Source of the DNA: Deltaproteobacteria bacterium HGW-Deltaproteobacteria-13 | Lineage (GTDB): Bacteria; Desulfobacterota; Syntrophia; Syntrophales; Smithellaceae | Direction of reading: 5' to 3' | DNA length: 64,000 bases | Assembly: GCA_002840555.1 (NCBI GenBank) | Contig: PHBJ01000009.1 | Location: 108,026 to 172,025 of the forward strand | Part shown: piece after piece, positions 31,699-41,100 of the stretch | How positions within the stretch are numbered: position 1 is the first letter of the stretch | How the letters are laid out: each line of letters begins with the position of its first letter | Position numbers and translations under genes: made by a program | The notes under the pieces: model-generated | What the model saw: only the letters and a program-made list of their open reading frames with translations | Told to the model about the DNA's origin: nothing | The model's database searches: none

Positions 31699-32397
31699 AT
31701 GCTGACTTTAGCTTTTGATACCTCTTCCAAAACTGCCGCGGTCGCCATATTGCGGGATGAGGCAATTCTCTGTGATACGCTGATCAACACCGGTTTAAAT
31801 CATTCGGAAGTGATTTTACCGGCGATTGAACGTGCCTGCAATCAAACAGGTATAAACATTGCTGAAATTGATTTATTTGCCTGCACGCTTGGTCCCGGAT
31901 CCTTTACGGGATTGCGTATCGGAGCCAGTACGCTCAAAGGATTGATGCTGGCGACCGGAAAGCCCGCCGTCGGGATTTCTTCTCTTGCGGCTGTGGCTCT
32001 TAACGCGGGCAAAAGCTCAAAAATAATTTGTTCGGTAATGGACGCCGGGCGGGGACAGGTTTACATCGCTGACTTTGAATGCAAAGAAGATGGCGCTTTG
32101 GTGCAGACAGGCGAAGATAAGGTTTTGAACCCGGCCGAGATTCAACATGATTCAAAAAAGGAAATCATTTTCGTGGGTGACGGCGCCGTCAAATATGCCG
32201 ATATAATCATCAAGGCCAGGAATAAAAAGATGATGATCTCCTCGACATTACAGCAATACATCCGGGCTTCTTCTGTCGGTATTTTAGGCATGGAAAAATA
32301 CAAACGAAACGAATTACTGGATGCCCAAACCTTTGTTCCCGTCTATCTGCGTTCGGCGGACGCGGTCATCAAGAAATCTTTGTTTCAAAATGGATAA
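31699..32397 (+). CDS. tsaB: tRNA t6A biosynthesis protein TsaB (YeaZ)
   Basis: 232-aa ORF with MLTLAFDTSS...GPGSFTGLRIG motifs. Confidence 0.85.
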   Translation: MLTLAFDTSSKTAAVAILRDEAILCDTLINTGLNHSEVILPAIERACNQTGINIAEIDLFACTLGPGSFTGLRIGASTLKGLMLATGKPAVGISSLAAVALNAGKSSKIICSVMDAGRGQVYIADFECKEDGALVQTGEDKVLNPAEIQHDSKKEIIFVGDGAVKYADIIIKARNKKMMISSTLQQYIRASSVGILGMEKYKRNELLDAQTFVPVYLRSADAVIKKSLFQNG

Positions 32398-32407
32398 TTC
32401 CCGGGAA

Positions 32408-33286
32408 TTAGGAAGCGTTTATTTTAGTCAAAAGGTCCCAGACTTTTTTATTGTTTGGATTCTGGGAAAGGACAATTTGCAGACGTTCGACAATATCCTG
32501 CATATTGACTATATTAGGATGTGAAAGGAATAATGAAAAATAAGCATTAGCCAAATTATAATTGGTTTCTTCATGAAGGGGATTCACTTTAAGAGCTTTG
32601 CGGTAAGTAGATATAGCCTGTATGAGATTATTGGTTATTTCATAAACAGAGCCCAAATCGTTCCAGGCGTCGGTATTTTCCGGTTCCAGTTTTAAAACAT
32701 TTCGAAAAATGTTTAACGCTTTGGAATAATCTCCGTTTTGAAAATGAATTCTCCCTAAATTGTGAAGAGTCTTCGCATGTTTCGGATTAATTTCAAGAAT
32801 ACTTTCATATTCTTCCGCAGCTTCATCATACATATCATGTCTGTCGTACAGGGTTGCCAGACAAAAACGAGGTTCAACATCCTGCGGAGCAAATTCAATA
32901 GCCCGTGTATACTGGTCTACAGCGTTGTGATAATCGCCCTGTAATTCAAAGATGTGACCGATTTTGACAATGGCTTCAATATAATCATATTTTATTTGAA
33001 GGGCTTTTTCGTAGCATTTTTTTGCTGAATCAAACATATCCATTTTTTCATAGACATATCCGAGGTTGATAAAAGCTTTGGGATTGTTTGGCTCCAGATC
33101 AATGATTTTCTGAAAAGAATCCAGGGCCTTTTCATAATCTTGATTCTCCAGATGGATAAGGCCCAGATGGGTATACTCATCGGAAGATTTATTTTCTTTT
33201 TCAATAGATTTATTGCGACGAGCGATGATCAGCTTTTTATGATCTGAACGAGCATTAAACTGTTTTTCGGATGTAAACTTTTCCAA
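32408..33286 (-). CDS. tetratricopeptide repeat protein
   Basis: 292-aa ORF with about 7 consecutive 34-aa TPR units (recurrent A..Y...L...P....A..NLG..Y pattern). Confidence 0.8.
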   Translation of the reverse strand: MEKFTSEKQFNARSDHKKLIIARRNKSIEKENKSSDEYTHLGLIHLENQDYEKALDSFQKIIDLEPNNPKAFINLGYVYEKMDMFDSAKKCYEKALQIKYDYIEAIVKIGHIFELQGDYHNAVDQYTRAIEFAPQDVEPRFCLATLYDRHDMYDEAAEEYESILEINPKHAKTLHNLGRIHFQNGDYSKALNIFRNVLKLEPENTDAWNDLGSVYEITNNLIQAISTYRKALKVNPLHEETNYNLANAYFSLFLSHPNIVNMQDIVERLQIVLSQNPNNKKVWDLLTKINAS

Positions 33287-33342
33287 AATTTCTTATCCCT
33301 GGTTTTCATAATGATGTCATAACGTCGCTTCAATTTGTTTTT

Positions 33343-35244
33343 TTAGGCGCTGTTGAATTTCTTTAAAATAATATTTTTGACTTCAAACCAAATGGTAACC
33401 GGATCGGAAAGCGATGAATGCATCATTTGCGGATTCCCTTTAAGAATCTGCGCTGACCAATATCCAGCCAATTTATTTTTGTTTTCAGCGCTTGCCGATT
33501 GAGCCTGTTTTATTACATGGGCAGGAATAGCCAGTTGGATCTTCTGTTTGCCGATGAGTACTTCTTCGTAGGCTTCCTGCTCCGCCTGCGTTTGTTGTTC
33601 TATAGGCTCTTCTTGTTTTGTTTCAACAGGTCTGGCTTCCGGTTGAGGAGAAACATTGCTTGCCGGAGTTCTTGCTAAGGGGACACCTGCAATAGGAACA
33701 TAATTTGTAGAAGGTTTTGCCAGTGGCACTGTTTGGGGTTGAACAGGCCGGACTTCTTCCCTTTGAACAGGAATCGTCTCTGCCGGCGGCTGTTCGGGCA
33801 TTGCCGCTCTCGGTTGAACGGGTCGGACTTCTTCCTGTTGAACAGGAAGAGGCTCTACCGGCGGTTGTTCCGGCAGTACTGTTCTTGGCTGAAAAGGTAT
33901 CGCTTCTTCCATCTGCAGAGGAGCCGGTCTTTCCGGCATTTCCTCTCTAGGTTGAACAGGTCGGGTTTCTTCCCATGGTGGAGGAGCCGGTCTTGCGGAC
34001 GGTCTTTCCGGCATAGCCTCTCTCGGCTGAACAGGTCGGGTTTCTTCCCATGGAGGAGGAGCCGGCCTTGCAGGCGGTTGTTCCGGCATTGCGGCTCTCG
34101 GTTGCACTGGTCGGGCTTCTTCCCATGGAGGAGGAGCCGGCCTTGCAGGCGGCCGTTCCGGCATAGCCGCTCTCGGTTGAACAGATCTTGCTTCTTCCCG
34201 TTGAGGAGGAGCCGGTCTCGCAGGCGGCCGTTCGGGCATGGCTGCTCTCGGTTGAACAGGTCTGACCTCTTCCCGTTGAGGAGGAGCCGGCGCTTCAGTT
34301 CGGGGAGCCGGCGCTCTGGGTATTTTCGATATTTTTTCAGTTTCCGGTTCTTTAACGCTTTCTTCTGACGGCTGTCCAGCCTCCGGAAGACTTTGCTGCT
34401 TGCGTTTTTGCATCGGCGTTTTACTTAATTTTTGAAAACGATCGGCTATTTGTACGGCAACTTCACCTGATATTGTTTCAAATTCGTTCGTCTCGCCCGC
34501 TTTGATGCAAAGTTTACATATCTTGTTAATCAGGCGAGGCACGCCGTGTTCGGAAAATTCCCAGATGACGGGAATGGCGTCATCGTCGAATATTTTTCTT
34601 TCAGTGCCGGCAATCCTGAGTCGTGATTCAATATAGGTTTTAACAGCTTCCTCTGAGGGCAGTTTTTCTAAATGACCGTAAGTGCCGATCCTTTGAAATA
34701 AATTAGCCCGTTTGGGGTTCTCCAGAGTCTTGGCAAATTCCATCTGGCCGACAAGAAGCAAGGTGAAAAGATTACGTTCGTCATCCTGCATATTGGTTAA
34801 AAGCCGCAAATCATCCAGATTGGAAGAAGATAAAACATTCGCTTCATCAATAACGATGACAATCTTTTTACCCTGATCCGCAGTTTCAAAAAGAAGACGA
34901 TTAAACTTTTCCTGCAAATCGACCTTATTTTTTATTTCACATTGTTTGCCTGTTATCTGGCCGATAATTTCTTTTAACAACTGTACGAAAGAGAGAGCGG
35001 GATTGGTAATTAAAGCGACTTTATATTTTTCCGGTTCCAGGGAATCAATGATTACGCGTAGCGAAAGAGTTTTTCCTAAACCGACTTCGCCAACGATAAC
35101 CGTGAGGCACTCATTGCCCTCTTTAATGGCATAAATTGTTTCGGCAATAACATTTTCCATGGATTCGTGACAATCCACATACATTGAAGCATCAGGAACA
35201 TTGTCGAAAGGTGGCTTAGTTAAATTCCAATAGTCACTATACAT
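33343..35244 (-). CDS. ExeA/GspA-like AAA ATPase with long Pro-rich tandem-repeat region
   Basis: 633 aa. The N-terminus YWNLTKPPFDNVPD...GEVGLGKT (Walker A)...IVIVIDEA (Walker B) is typical of ExeA/MshM-type AAA_22 ATPases. Residues ~311-511 are 25-aa repeats. No TM segment was recognised. Confidence 0.8.
   Translation of the reverse strand: MYSDYWNLTKPPFDNVPDASMYVDCHESMENVIAETIYAIKEGNECLTVIVGEVGLGKTLSLRVIIDSLEPEKYKVALITNPALSFVQLLKEIIGQITGKQCEIKNKVDLQEKFNRLLFETADQGKKIVIVIDEANVLSSSNLDDLRLLTNMQDDERNLFTLLLVGQMEFAKTLENPKRANLFQRIGTYGHLEKLPSEEAVKTYIESRLRIAGTERKIFDDDAIPVIWEFSEHGVPRLINKICKLCIKAGETNEFETISGEVAVQIADRFQKLSKTPMQKRKQQSLPEAGQPSEESVKEPETEKISKIPRAPAPRTEAPAPPQREEVRPVQPRAAMPERPPARPAPPQREEARSVQPRAAMPERPPARPAPPPWEEARPVQPRAAMPEQPPARPAPPPWEETRPVQPREAMPERPSARPAPPPWEETRPVQPREEMPERPAPLQMEEAIPFQPRTVLPEQPPVEPLPVQQEEVRPVQPRAAMPEQPPAETIPVQREEVRPVQPQTVPLAKPSTNYVPIAGVPLARTPASNVSPQPEARPVETKQEEPIEQQTQAEQEAYEEVLIGKQKIQLAIPAHVIKQAQSASAENKNKLAGYWSAQILKGNPQMMHSSLSDPVTIWFEVKNIILKKFNSA
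33712..34314 (-). repeat. about 8 tandem copies of a 75-bp (25-aa) in-frame repeat
   Basis: The units encode PPQREEVRPVQPRAAMPERPPARPA and variants (PPPWEEARPVQ..., PVQQEEVRPVQ...). One unit is shortened to 21 aa. Periodicity was verified on the nucleotide sequence (ggttgaacaggtcgg...ggcat.gc..ctctc). Confidence 0.85.
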
Positions 35245-35313
35245 CTTTCTTCTCCTAATAAACTATTATAAAATGTATAAAGTTTATCCTTCAGTATAAA
35301 TAATAAAATAATA

Positions 35314-36054
35314 TCATTGCCCATTGTCGGATGGGACGAATTGGGCATCATTACTCAAATATTCCAGTATATCTTCCAGTAAAAAGCGTCTCATCCTTCC
35401 TAATTTGTAACTTTTAATCCTGTTTTCATGAACCATTTTTTGTAAAAAGCTGCGGCTGACCTGGAGCATCTGGCAAACCTGATTGGGAGCCAGCATCCTT
35501 AGAAGCAAAGAATCATTAAAATGATAATTGAAAGAAAGACGGCCGTCAGACGTTATTTTTATATCTAATGACGGATCACTTTTTGTTCCGTTCAATAAGT
35601 CCTTTATATATTCCGATTGCTGTAAAAGCACGGATTGTTCTTTTGTCATAATAATCGAAATGACTGAAGTGGCATTATCGACGAATTCCTCTACTATTTT
35701 TTTATCAGGAAATTCGCCTTGATTCTCCGCGGCGGCATTGACAAATTCCTTTGTCGTTTTTTTATCCGGGAAATCGCCTCGATTTTCCATGGCGAAACTT
35801 CTGACAAATTCCTCTACTATTTTTTTATCCGGGAATTCGCTTCGATTCTCCATGGCGACAGGGCTTCCGGAGATTTCAGCAGGAATGACATTGTCTTTTT
35901 CCGGTTTTTTTTCAGGGATCTCAATATGACTTTCTATGGCGGCGCTTCCGGCAACGACTTCAGGAGGAATAGGATCACTTTTTTCGGGTTGTGGAAGTTT
36001 AACTTCCGGTTGGACGTATTGTTGACGTCTTTTTACAATGCAAATCTTTTCCAT
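35314..36054 (-). CDS. repeat-containing protein with C-terminal excisionase/MerR-type HTH domain
   Basis: The ORF is open to 36159, but the ATG at 36054 has an AGGAG RBS 5 nt upstream. The C-terminus LAPNQVCQMLQVSRSFLQKMVHENRIKSYKLGRMRRF looks like an HTH_17/excisionase-type DNA-binding domain. Confidence 0.65.
   Translation of the reverse strand: MEKICIVKRRQQYVQPEVKLPQPEKSDPIPPEVVAGSAAIESHIEIPEKKPEKDNVIPAEISGSPVAMENRSEFPDKKIVEEFVRSFAMENRGDFPDKKTTKEFVNAAAENQGEFPDKKIVEEFVDNATSVISIIMTKEQSVLLQQSEYIKDLLNGTKSDPSLDIKITSDGRLSFNYHFNDSLLLRMLAPNQVCQMLQVSRSFLQKMVHENRIKSYKLGRMRRFLLEDILEYLSNDAQFVPSDNGQ
35671..35856 (-). repeat. three tandem ~63-bp in-frame repeats
   Basis: The units encode AMENRSEFPDKKIVEEFVRSF, AMENRGDFPDKKTTKEFVNAA and AENQGEFPDKKIVEEFVDNA. 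Confidence 0.75.
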
Positions 36055-36297
36055 AGTACTCCTGATAATCTTGGTTGAACAAAAATACAATCTCTGCTGG
36101 AGAAACCCGATACTAAAAAGTTTTTCCGGAATAAAATCTGATTTCAGCCGCTGGCACAAGACTGTAATATCTGATTTTAATTTAATGAAATGTAGCTTAT
36201 TTAGTAAGTAAAATCAAGATAATATTTTAATTTTTAAGCCGCAAGACCCTCGCAGAGAGCTGACAAAAAACACTTTCGTATGAACGGGAGGAAGTTC

Positions 36298-37992
36298 TTA
36301 CTTGATGAGCAGACTTTTTCCCCCGAGATGTATGGTGTAAAATACAGCTGAAAGGCAAAGTAAGAAAGCAAGGCCAAAAGAGCAAACAGTCCATATCATC
36401 TGAATGAATGAAAGACTCCCTCCGCGCAGTTGGACCATAAATATGTAATAGATCGGTCCGGCTTCCAGAATGATAACCAGGGCGATTAAACTGAAACTAA
36501 GAATCATGAAAAGGAGTCCGCCAAAGCCGGTTACAACCTGTGCCGGATTTTCCGATTTGAAATCGGCGTAGATGGCTCCCAGTCCGGTGGCCAGGCCAAC
36601 CACAGCGGGAACGAGGCAAAACAGGGTGATGGTTGATAGAAACATCATGAAAGAAGAAACCCGCAAAAGTAAGTTGGAAAAAATAACCAGAACTTCCGCC
36701 AGAATCAGCAGAGGAATGTAATACAAAAAAAACTTAATCCAGAGGAATTTTTTTGTCGATACCGGCGCCGCCTGAATAATCCAGAAGGCTTCGCCTTCCA
36801 TGCTCACTGCCGGAAAAACAAAGCGGGCGGATATCGCCGAAAGCACGGAAGCCGCCAGGCCGATATTTAAGAAAGAAAATAAATTTTGCAGGTAAATGGT
36901 TTTAACCGGTGACTGATCCAGAGGCAAAACAGAAAAATTATACAGGTAGATCGCAATTAAGGCGGCCATTAAAAATAATTGCGGCCATTGTGAGGAATCT
37001 CTGAAAAAAGTTCTGATTTCCTTGACGGCAAAAGCTTTCGATTCGCGCGGAAGAAAACTTAATAAATTTTCCCAATTAAAACTTTTATATTTGAAAGGAT
37101 AAAAAAGACGCCGGGGAGTGGTTTGTGATTTAGAAAAACCTTTAAAGTATGCGATCTGAGCAAAAGTATTGTTGATAAAAATAAGCATAAAGGCAAACGT
37201 TCCGGTCAGCGCTATATTGAACAGGGCATTTTTTGTTTCATGATGAAGAGCGGCTTTAATGGCTTCGGTAATCCATGTCGTGGGTAAAAAAGGCGAGTTG
37301 GGTGTTTGCATGGAATTTAAGTAAAGAACGACGGAGGCAAAACTGTCGGGATTAACCAGTTGCTCCGGCCGTGTTAAACGCAAAATAAAAATAAGTATCA
37401 TAACCATCATAACGCCCAGAAGAATAAGAATCGTTCTGATTCGTCCGGCAGGGAGTATTCTGGCGCCAAATAAAACGATCATGCCGCTCAGTACTGCGGC
37501 AATGAGGCACATGAAAATCATCGCGATCAGAAAAACCACATAATAAATAACGTCGGCCTTGTAGATAATCCCGTAGGAGAGAAATACCGGAAGACTGAAG
37601 GCGACAATCATCCATGAACTGTCAAAGGCGCTGATGATCCACCGTGAGAAAAAGATATCCCGGGAGGAAACCGGCAGGGAATGCAGAAGCGGCAAATCGT
37701 GGCTCAAATACAGATGGGAAAGACAATTAATGATATTGCTGAAAAGTAAAAGCATAAAAAAGGTCATGATGATCATGGAGATCAGCTTCATGGCCAGGAT
37801 GTTTCCAAAATCCTGCACACTTTGAAAATATAATAAAACGCGATAGAAAATTATAAAGGTGCCTATCCAGAAAACAAGACCAAGGGTACCGTACATAAGA
37901 ATACGGGCCCAGTTGTTTTTTTTATTGGACTGCCGCAGGTTGTTTACGGCGGAGAGTACGCGCGGCCTGATTAGCGCAAAAATAGTATTCAT
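36298..37992 (-). CDS. polytopic membrane protein, putative ABC exporter permease
   Basis: 564-aa ORF with at least 12 hydrophobic segments. It overlaps the upstream ABC ATPase gene by 4 bp. Confidence 0.65.
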   Translation of the reverse strand: MNTIFALIRPRVLSAVNNLRQSNKKNNWARILMYGTLGLVFWIGTFIIFYRVLLYFQSVQDFGNILAMKLISMIIMTFFMLLLFSNIINCLSHLYLSHDLPLLHSLPVSSRDIFFSRWIISAFDSSWMIVAFSLPVFLSYGIIYKADVIYYVVFLIAMIFMCLIAAVLSGMIVLFGARILPAGRIRTILILLGVMMVMILIFILRLTRPEQLVNPDSFASVVLYLNSMQTPNSPFLPTTWITEAIKAALHHETKNALFNIALTGTFAFMLIFINNTFAQIAYFKGFSKSQTTPRRLFYPFKYKSFNWENLLSFLPRESKAFAVKEIRTFFRDSSQWPQLFLMAALIAIYLYNFSVLPLDQSPVKTIYLQNLFSFLNIGLAASVLSAISARFVFPAVSMEGEAFWIIQAAPVSTKKFLWIKFFLYYIPLLILAEVLVIFSNLLLRVSSFMMFLSTITLFCLVPAVVGLATGLGAIYADFKSENPAQVVTGFGGLLFMILSFSLIALVIILEAGPIYYIFMVQLRGGSLSFIQMIWTVCSFGLAFLLCLSAVFYTIHLGGKSLLIK

Positions 37993-38723
37993 ATAAAAGT
38001 ATTCTCTTTGATGATTGTGAGAAAGACTTCTTCGAGCCTGGCTTCACCCAGTTTAGCGATATGCTTTAATTCATCGAGGCTGCCCTGCGCCAACAGAGTG
38101 CCTTTATGAATTAAACCGATCCGATGGCATAAATCCTCCGCGATGCTTAAGGTGTGTGTGGAAATAAAAATAGTCGTTTGACGGGAGGCCAGTTCTTTTA
38201 AAATATCTTTAACCATATAAACCGCCGCCGGATCAAGGCCGACCATGGGCTCGTCAATAATAAGTATTCTGGGGTCATGCAACAGGGCCGTGGCGATGAT
38301 CAATCTTTGCTTCATGCCGTGCGAGTATGCTTCGATCAGCTCATCAGCCCAGTCCCAAAGGGCGAATTGCTGCAAGAGCTCCCTGGCTTTTTTCTCAAAG
38401 ATGTCGCGTGGGACGCCGTATAAATCAGCAGAGAAACGCATAAATTCCATCCCGGTGAGTTTCTCGTAAAGAAAAGGTCTGTCCGGGACAAAACCGATCA
38501 TTTTTTTTCCCTCGACGGAGTTTTTGGCCATGTCATATCCGCCGATAATAATTTTACCGGAAGTAGGAGCAAGGATGCCCCCCATCAGGCGAATCGTTGT
38601 GGTTTTGCCGGCGCCGTTGGGGCCGATGAAACCGTAAATCTCGCCGGCGCCGACATTTAAACTGAGCTTGTTGACCGCCAGCGTGGTGCCGTAATCCTTG
38701 GTGAGTTCTTCTAATTTAATCAT
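37989..38723 (-). CDS. ABC transporter ATP-binding protein
   Basis: 244-aa ORF with Walker A GPNGAGKTT, signature (Y)SHGMKQR and Walker B ILIIDEP. Confidence 0.92.
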   Translation of the reverse strand: MIKLEELTKDYGTTLAVNKLSLNVGAGEIYGFIGPNGAGKTTTIRLMGGILAPTSGKIIIGGYDMAKNSVEGKKMIGFVPDRPFLYEKLTGMEFMRFSADLYGVPRDIFEKKARELLQQFALWDWADELIEAYSHGMKQRLIIATALLHDPRILIIDEPMVGLDPAAVYMVKDILKELASRQTTIFISTHTLSIAEDLCHRIGLIHKGTLLAQGSLDELKHIAKLGEARLEEVFLTIIKENTFI

Positions 38724-40185
38724 TTTTTTGCTCTAAGATCTCCAGTTTAATTTTACCGATGGCGCCCAATAAGTTCAGTTGTTCTTCGCTGTCTCCGCGG
38801 ACAAGCCTGATGTGCGTCACGTCAGCCGGTAATTGATTGAAAACAGCGTCGGCGGTAATCCATTTTCCCAGGTAAAGAACGCACCACTCATGATAATAAA
38901 ATCTGCCTTTCAGATAAACCAATCCCGCTTCTATTTGCGCCGGAATGCCCGCGGCGCGAAGCAGGGCAACGGTCAGTACCGAGTGTTCGTTGCAATCACC
39001 TGATTTATTTTTCAGGACTTCCAGCGCGTTGGGCACGGACAGGGTGGGCTTCTTCTCCAGATAGCGATAAACCCAAGTGACAATTTTTCCTGCTTTTTGC
39101 AGGGCGGAGTCCGTTGGTTTGATAATTTTTCCCACTTGCGTCTTTATCTTCGCGTCGCTGGATTGTATCAGCGGGCCGGGTTTCAAGAAAACGGCAATTT
39201 CTCCCGGAAGATTTTCATTGACCGTTGAAGGGGCTGGCAACTGTTCCCGGGTGATGGTTAGAATGTTATCGTGATAACTTTGCCTGTCGCCATTAAGAAA
39301 CAGGGTGCTGCTGCCGATACCGCCGATTTTGATTTTAATTGCATGAAGCTTTTGGGGGTCGGTAATTTCAGCATTGGAAGGAATTGAGGACATTTGCGTA
39401 AAATCGATGCTCCCTGCATCAGCAATCCCTTCCATGGCTTTTTGCCGGGTGACCTTTTCCATAGAAATGCCCAGAAGACCTGATTCCTTGACAACATCTC
39501 CCTCTTTACTCAGCCAGGCGCAGTTTTTGGCGCCCATGAAATCGGCGCAATATTTTTTTGTTAGAATTCGTTCCCCCATGATGGGAATGATCTCATCGGT
39601 ATTCCGGGTTACTTTGATCGCGCGTATTGAAAGTGTTGAAGGATCAAAAATACTGAAACTGCGGGTTGAATCTTTTTTTAACTCAGAGTGAAATGCTGTT
39701 TCATAAATATTGCCGCTGATATGAGGGATATCCGTCAGGGGGATTTCGCTCTTTCCCTGCGCGTCAGGCGAACCGGTGAATAAAACCAGTTTATTTTTAA
39801 CGATAGAGCCATGAGCCTGAAAATTAAAAATCCCGGAATTCAGGCTGAAACTGAATGAGGAAAGGGTCATATCCGGATTCAAATCGCCCTCCGTCAAAAT
39901 ATTGAGCGCCTGAGTTACTCCCATGGTGTTGATTTGCATAATAACATCTTCATTAAAATGAAATTTATTCCCCGTATCGGCAAAGGTTCTGTGAACAAAC
40001 CCGATCTTTTTATTATTTTGATAGATATTCATCCATGTGTCTCGCGGCTGCTGTGATTTTGAAATTTGAACGGACGCGATGGGTTCGGCTTTTTTCTGGA
40101 AAAATTCAAGACGAATTAACAACAAAAAGAAAAAGGCCAGTGTAATGAAAATACCCCAGATGATGTTCCATTTTATTTTTTGCAT
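38716..40185 (-). CDS. transglutaminase-like cysteine peptidase domain protein, N-terminal TM anchor
   Basis: 489-aa ORF. The C-terminal core is GDCNEHSVLTVALLRAAGIPAQ...YYHEW...TADAV (Cys-His-Asp). Confidence 0.75.
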   Translation of the reverse strand: MQKIKWNIIWGIFITLAFFFLLLIRLEFFQKKAEPIASVQISKSQQPRDTWMNIYQNNKKIGFVHRTFADTGNKFHFNEDVIMQINTMGVTQALNILTEGDLNPDMTLSSFSFSLNSGIFNFQAHGSIVKNKLVLFTGSPDAQGKSEIPLTDIPHISGNIYETAFHSELKKDSTRSFSIFDPSTLSIRAIKVTRNTDEIIPIMGERILTKKYCADFMGAKNCAWLSKEGDVVKESGLLGISMEKVTRQKAMEGIADAGSIDFTQMSSIPSNAEITDPQKLHAIKIKIGGIGSSTLFLNGDRQSYHDNILTITREQLPAPSTVNENLPGEIAVFLKPGPLIQSSDAKIKTQVGKIIKPTDSALQKAGKIVTWVYRYLEKKPTLSVPNALEVLKNKSGDCNEHSVLTVALLRAAGIPAQIEAGLVYLKGRFYYHEWCVLYLGKWITADAVFNQLPADVTHIRLVRGDSEEQLNLLGAIGKIKLEILEQKND

Positions 40186-40455
40186 ATAAACATATCAGGA
40201 TGAACCGGAGAAAAGTCAGTAAATAATTTGAGTTGCATTATACAGGATACATGCCGGGTATGCAACAGTAAACAAATAGCTATTCTGACTTGTTTTTGTA
40301 TAAAAATTAAAGATTTATTGACAAGCGCACTCAATTGATATATCAGACAAACTCGTGAAATGCTTAAGCTGTCTTAAGAAAAGACGGCGGGTATTTGTTT
40401 GCAGTTTTGGTGTCATGTAGAATGCAACCTGGGATTTCGAAAAGATAAACGCTTT

Positions 40456-41100
40456 ATGAAACGTGATAATATTATTGCTCCCGAAGGCTATCCTTTTATC
40501 GTTTTTTCTCTTGTCATCACAGTTTTTGTCGCCTTTTTAGGTGGAAACTGCTGGTTAATAATTGTTTTTGCTTTAATCACATTTTTTATCATCTGGTTTT
40601 TCCGCAATCCGGAAAGATATTTTCAGAACGAGGAAAAAGTCTTAATTTCGCCAGCTGACGGTAAAGTCATTAAAATTGAAAATGTCGAAGTGAATGGAAC
40701 AATTTCGGGAAGGTTTAAAAAAATAAGTATTTTCATGAATGTTTTTAATGTTCATGTTAACCGCGTTCCCTATGACGGAAAAATTGAGGCGATTCATTAC
40801 CATGAAGGCAAATTTTTTTCAGCCAACCTGGATAAGGCTTCACTGGATAATGAACGCAATGAAGTGATGATCCGTACAGAAGATGGACGTGCTATCTGGA
40901 CTGTACAGATCGCCGGCCTTATCGCCCGTCGAATTGTTTGCTGGGTAAGTCCCGGAACGAACGTCAGGAAAGGTGAACGATTCGGGTTGATTCGCTTTGG
41001 TTCGCGCGTGGATATTTATTTGCCGGAAGATTCCAGAATTCTGGTGAAACTCAAGGACAAGGTTAAGGCAGGCCAGACCCTGATAGGTTATTTATCATGA
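40456..41100 (+). CDS. psd: phosphatidylserine decarboxylase proenzyme (short/archaeal-type)
   Basis: The ORF opens at a TTG at 40399, but the ATG at 40456 (MKRDNIIAPEGY) is the likely start. It has the self-cleavage motif FGS(R) near the C-terminus and is coupled to pssA by an ATGA overlap. Confidence 0.85.
   Translation: MKRDNIIAPEGYPFIVFSLVITVFVAFLGGNCWLIIVFALITFFIIWFFRNPERYFQNEEKVLISPADGKVIKIENVEVNGTISGRFKKISIFMNVFNVHVNRVPYDGKIEAIHYHEGKFFSANLDKASLDNERNEVMIRTEDGRAIWTVQIAGLIARRIVCWVSPGTNVRKGERFGLIRFGSRVDIYLPEDSRILVKLKDKVKAGQTLIGYLS

Noticed and set aside
33712-34314. Possible CRISPR array
   Set aside because: The repeats are contiguous with no unique spacers, degenerate towards the ends, and in frame inside a long CDS. 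No cas genes are present.
33733-34368. 211-aa plus-strand ORF rich in Arg/Ser/Phe
   Set aside because: It is antisense to the 75-bp tandem repeat of the ExeA-like gene. The open frame results from the repeat periodicity and composition.
40399-40455. N-terminal extension of psd from a TTG start (MQFWCHVECNLGFRKDKRF)
   Set aside because: The extension is not family-like, and the internal ATG at 40456 gives the usual Psd N-terminus. A candidate promoter (TTGACA 40318-40323 with extended -10 tgatatatc) lies upstream.
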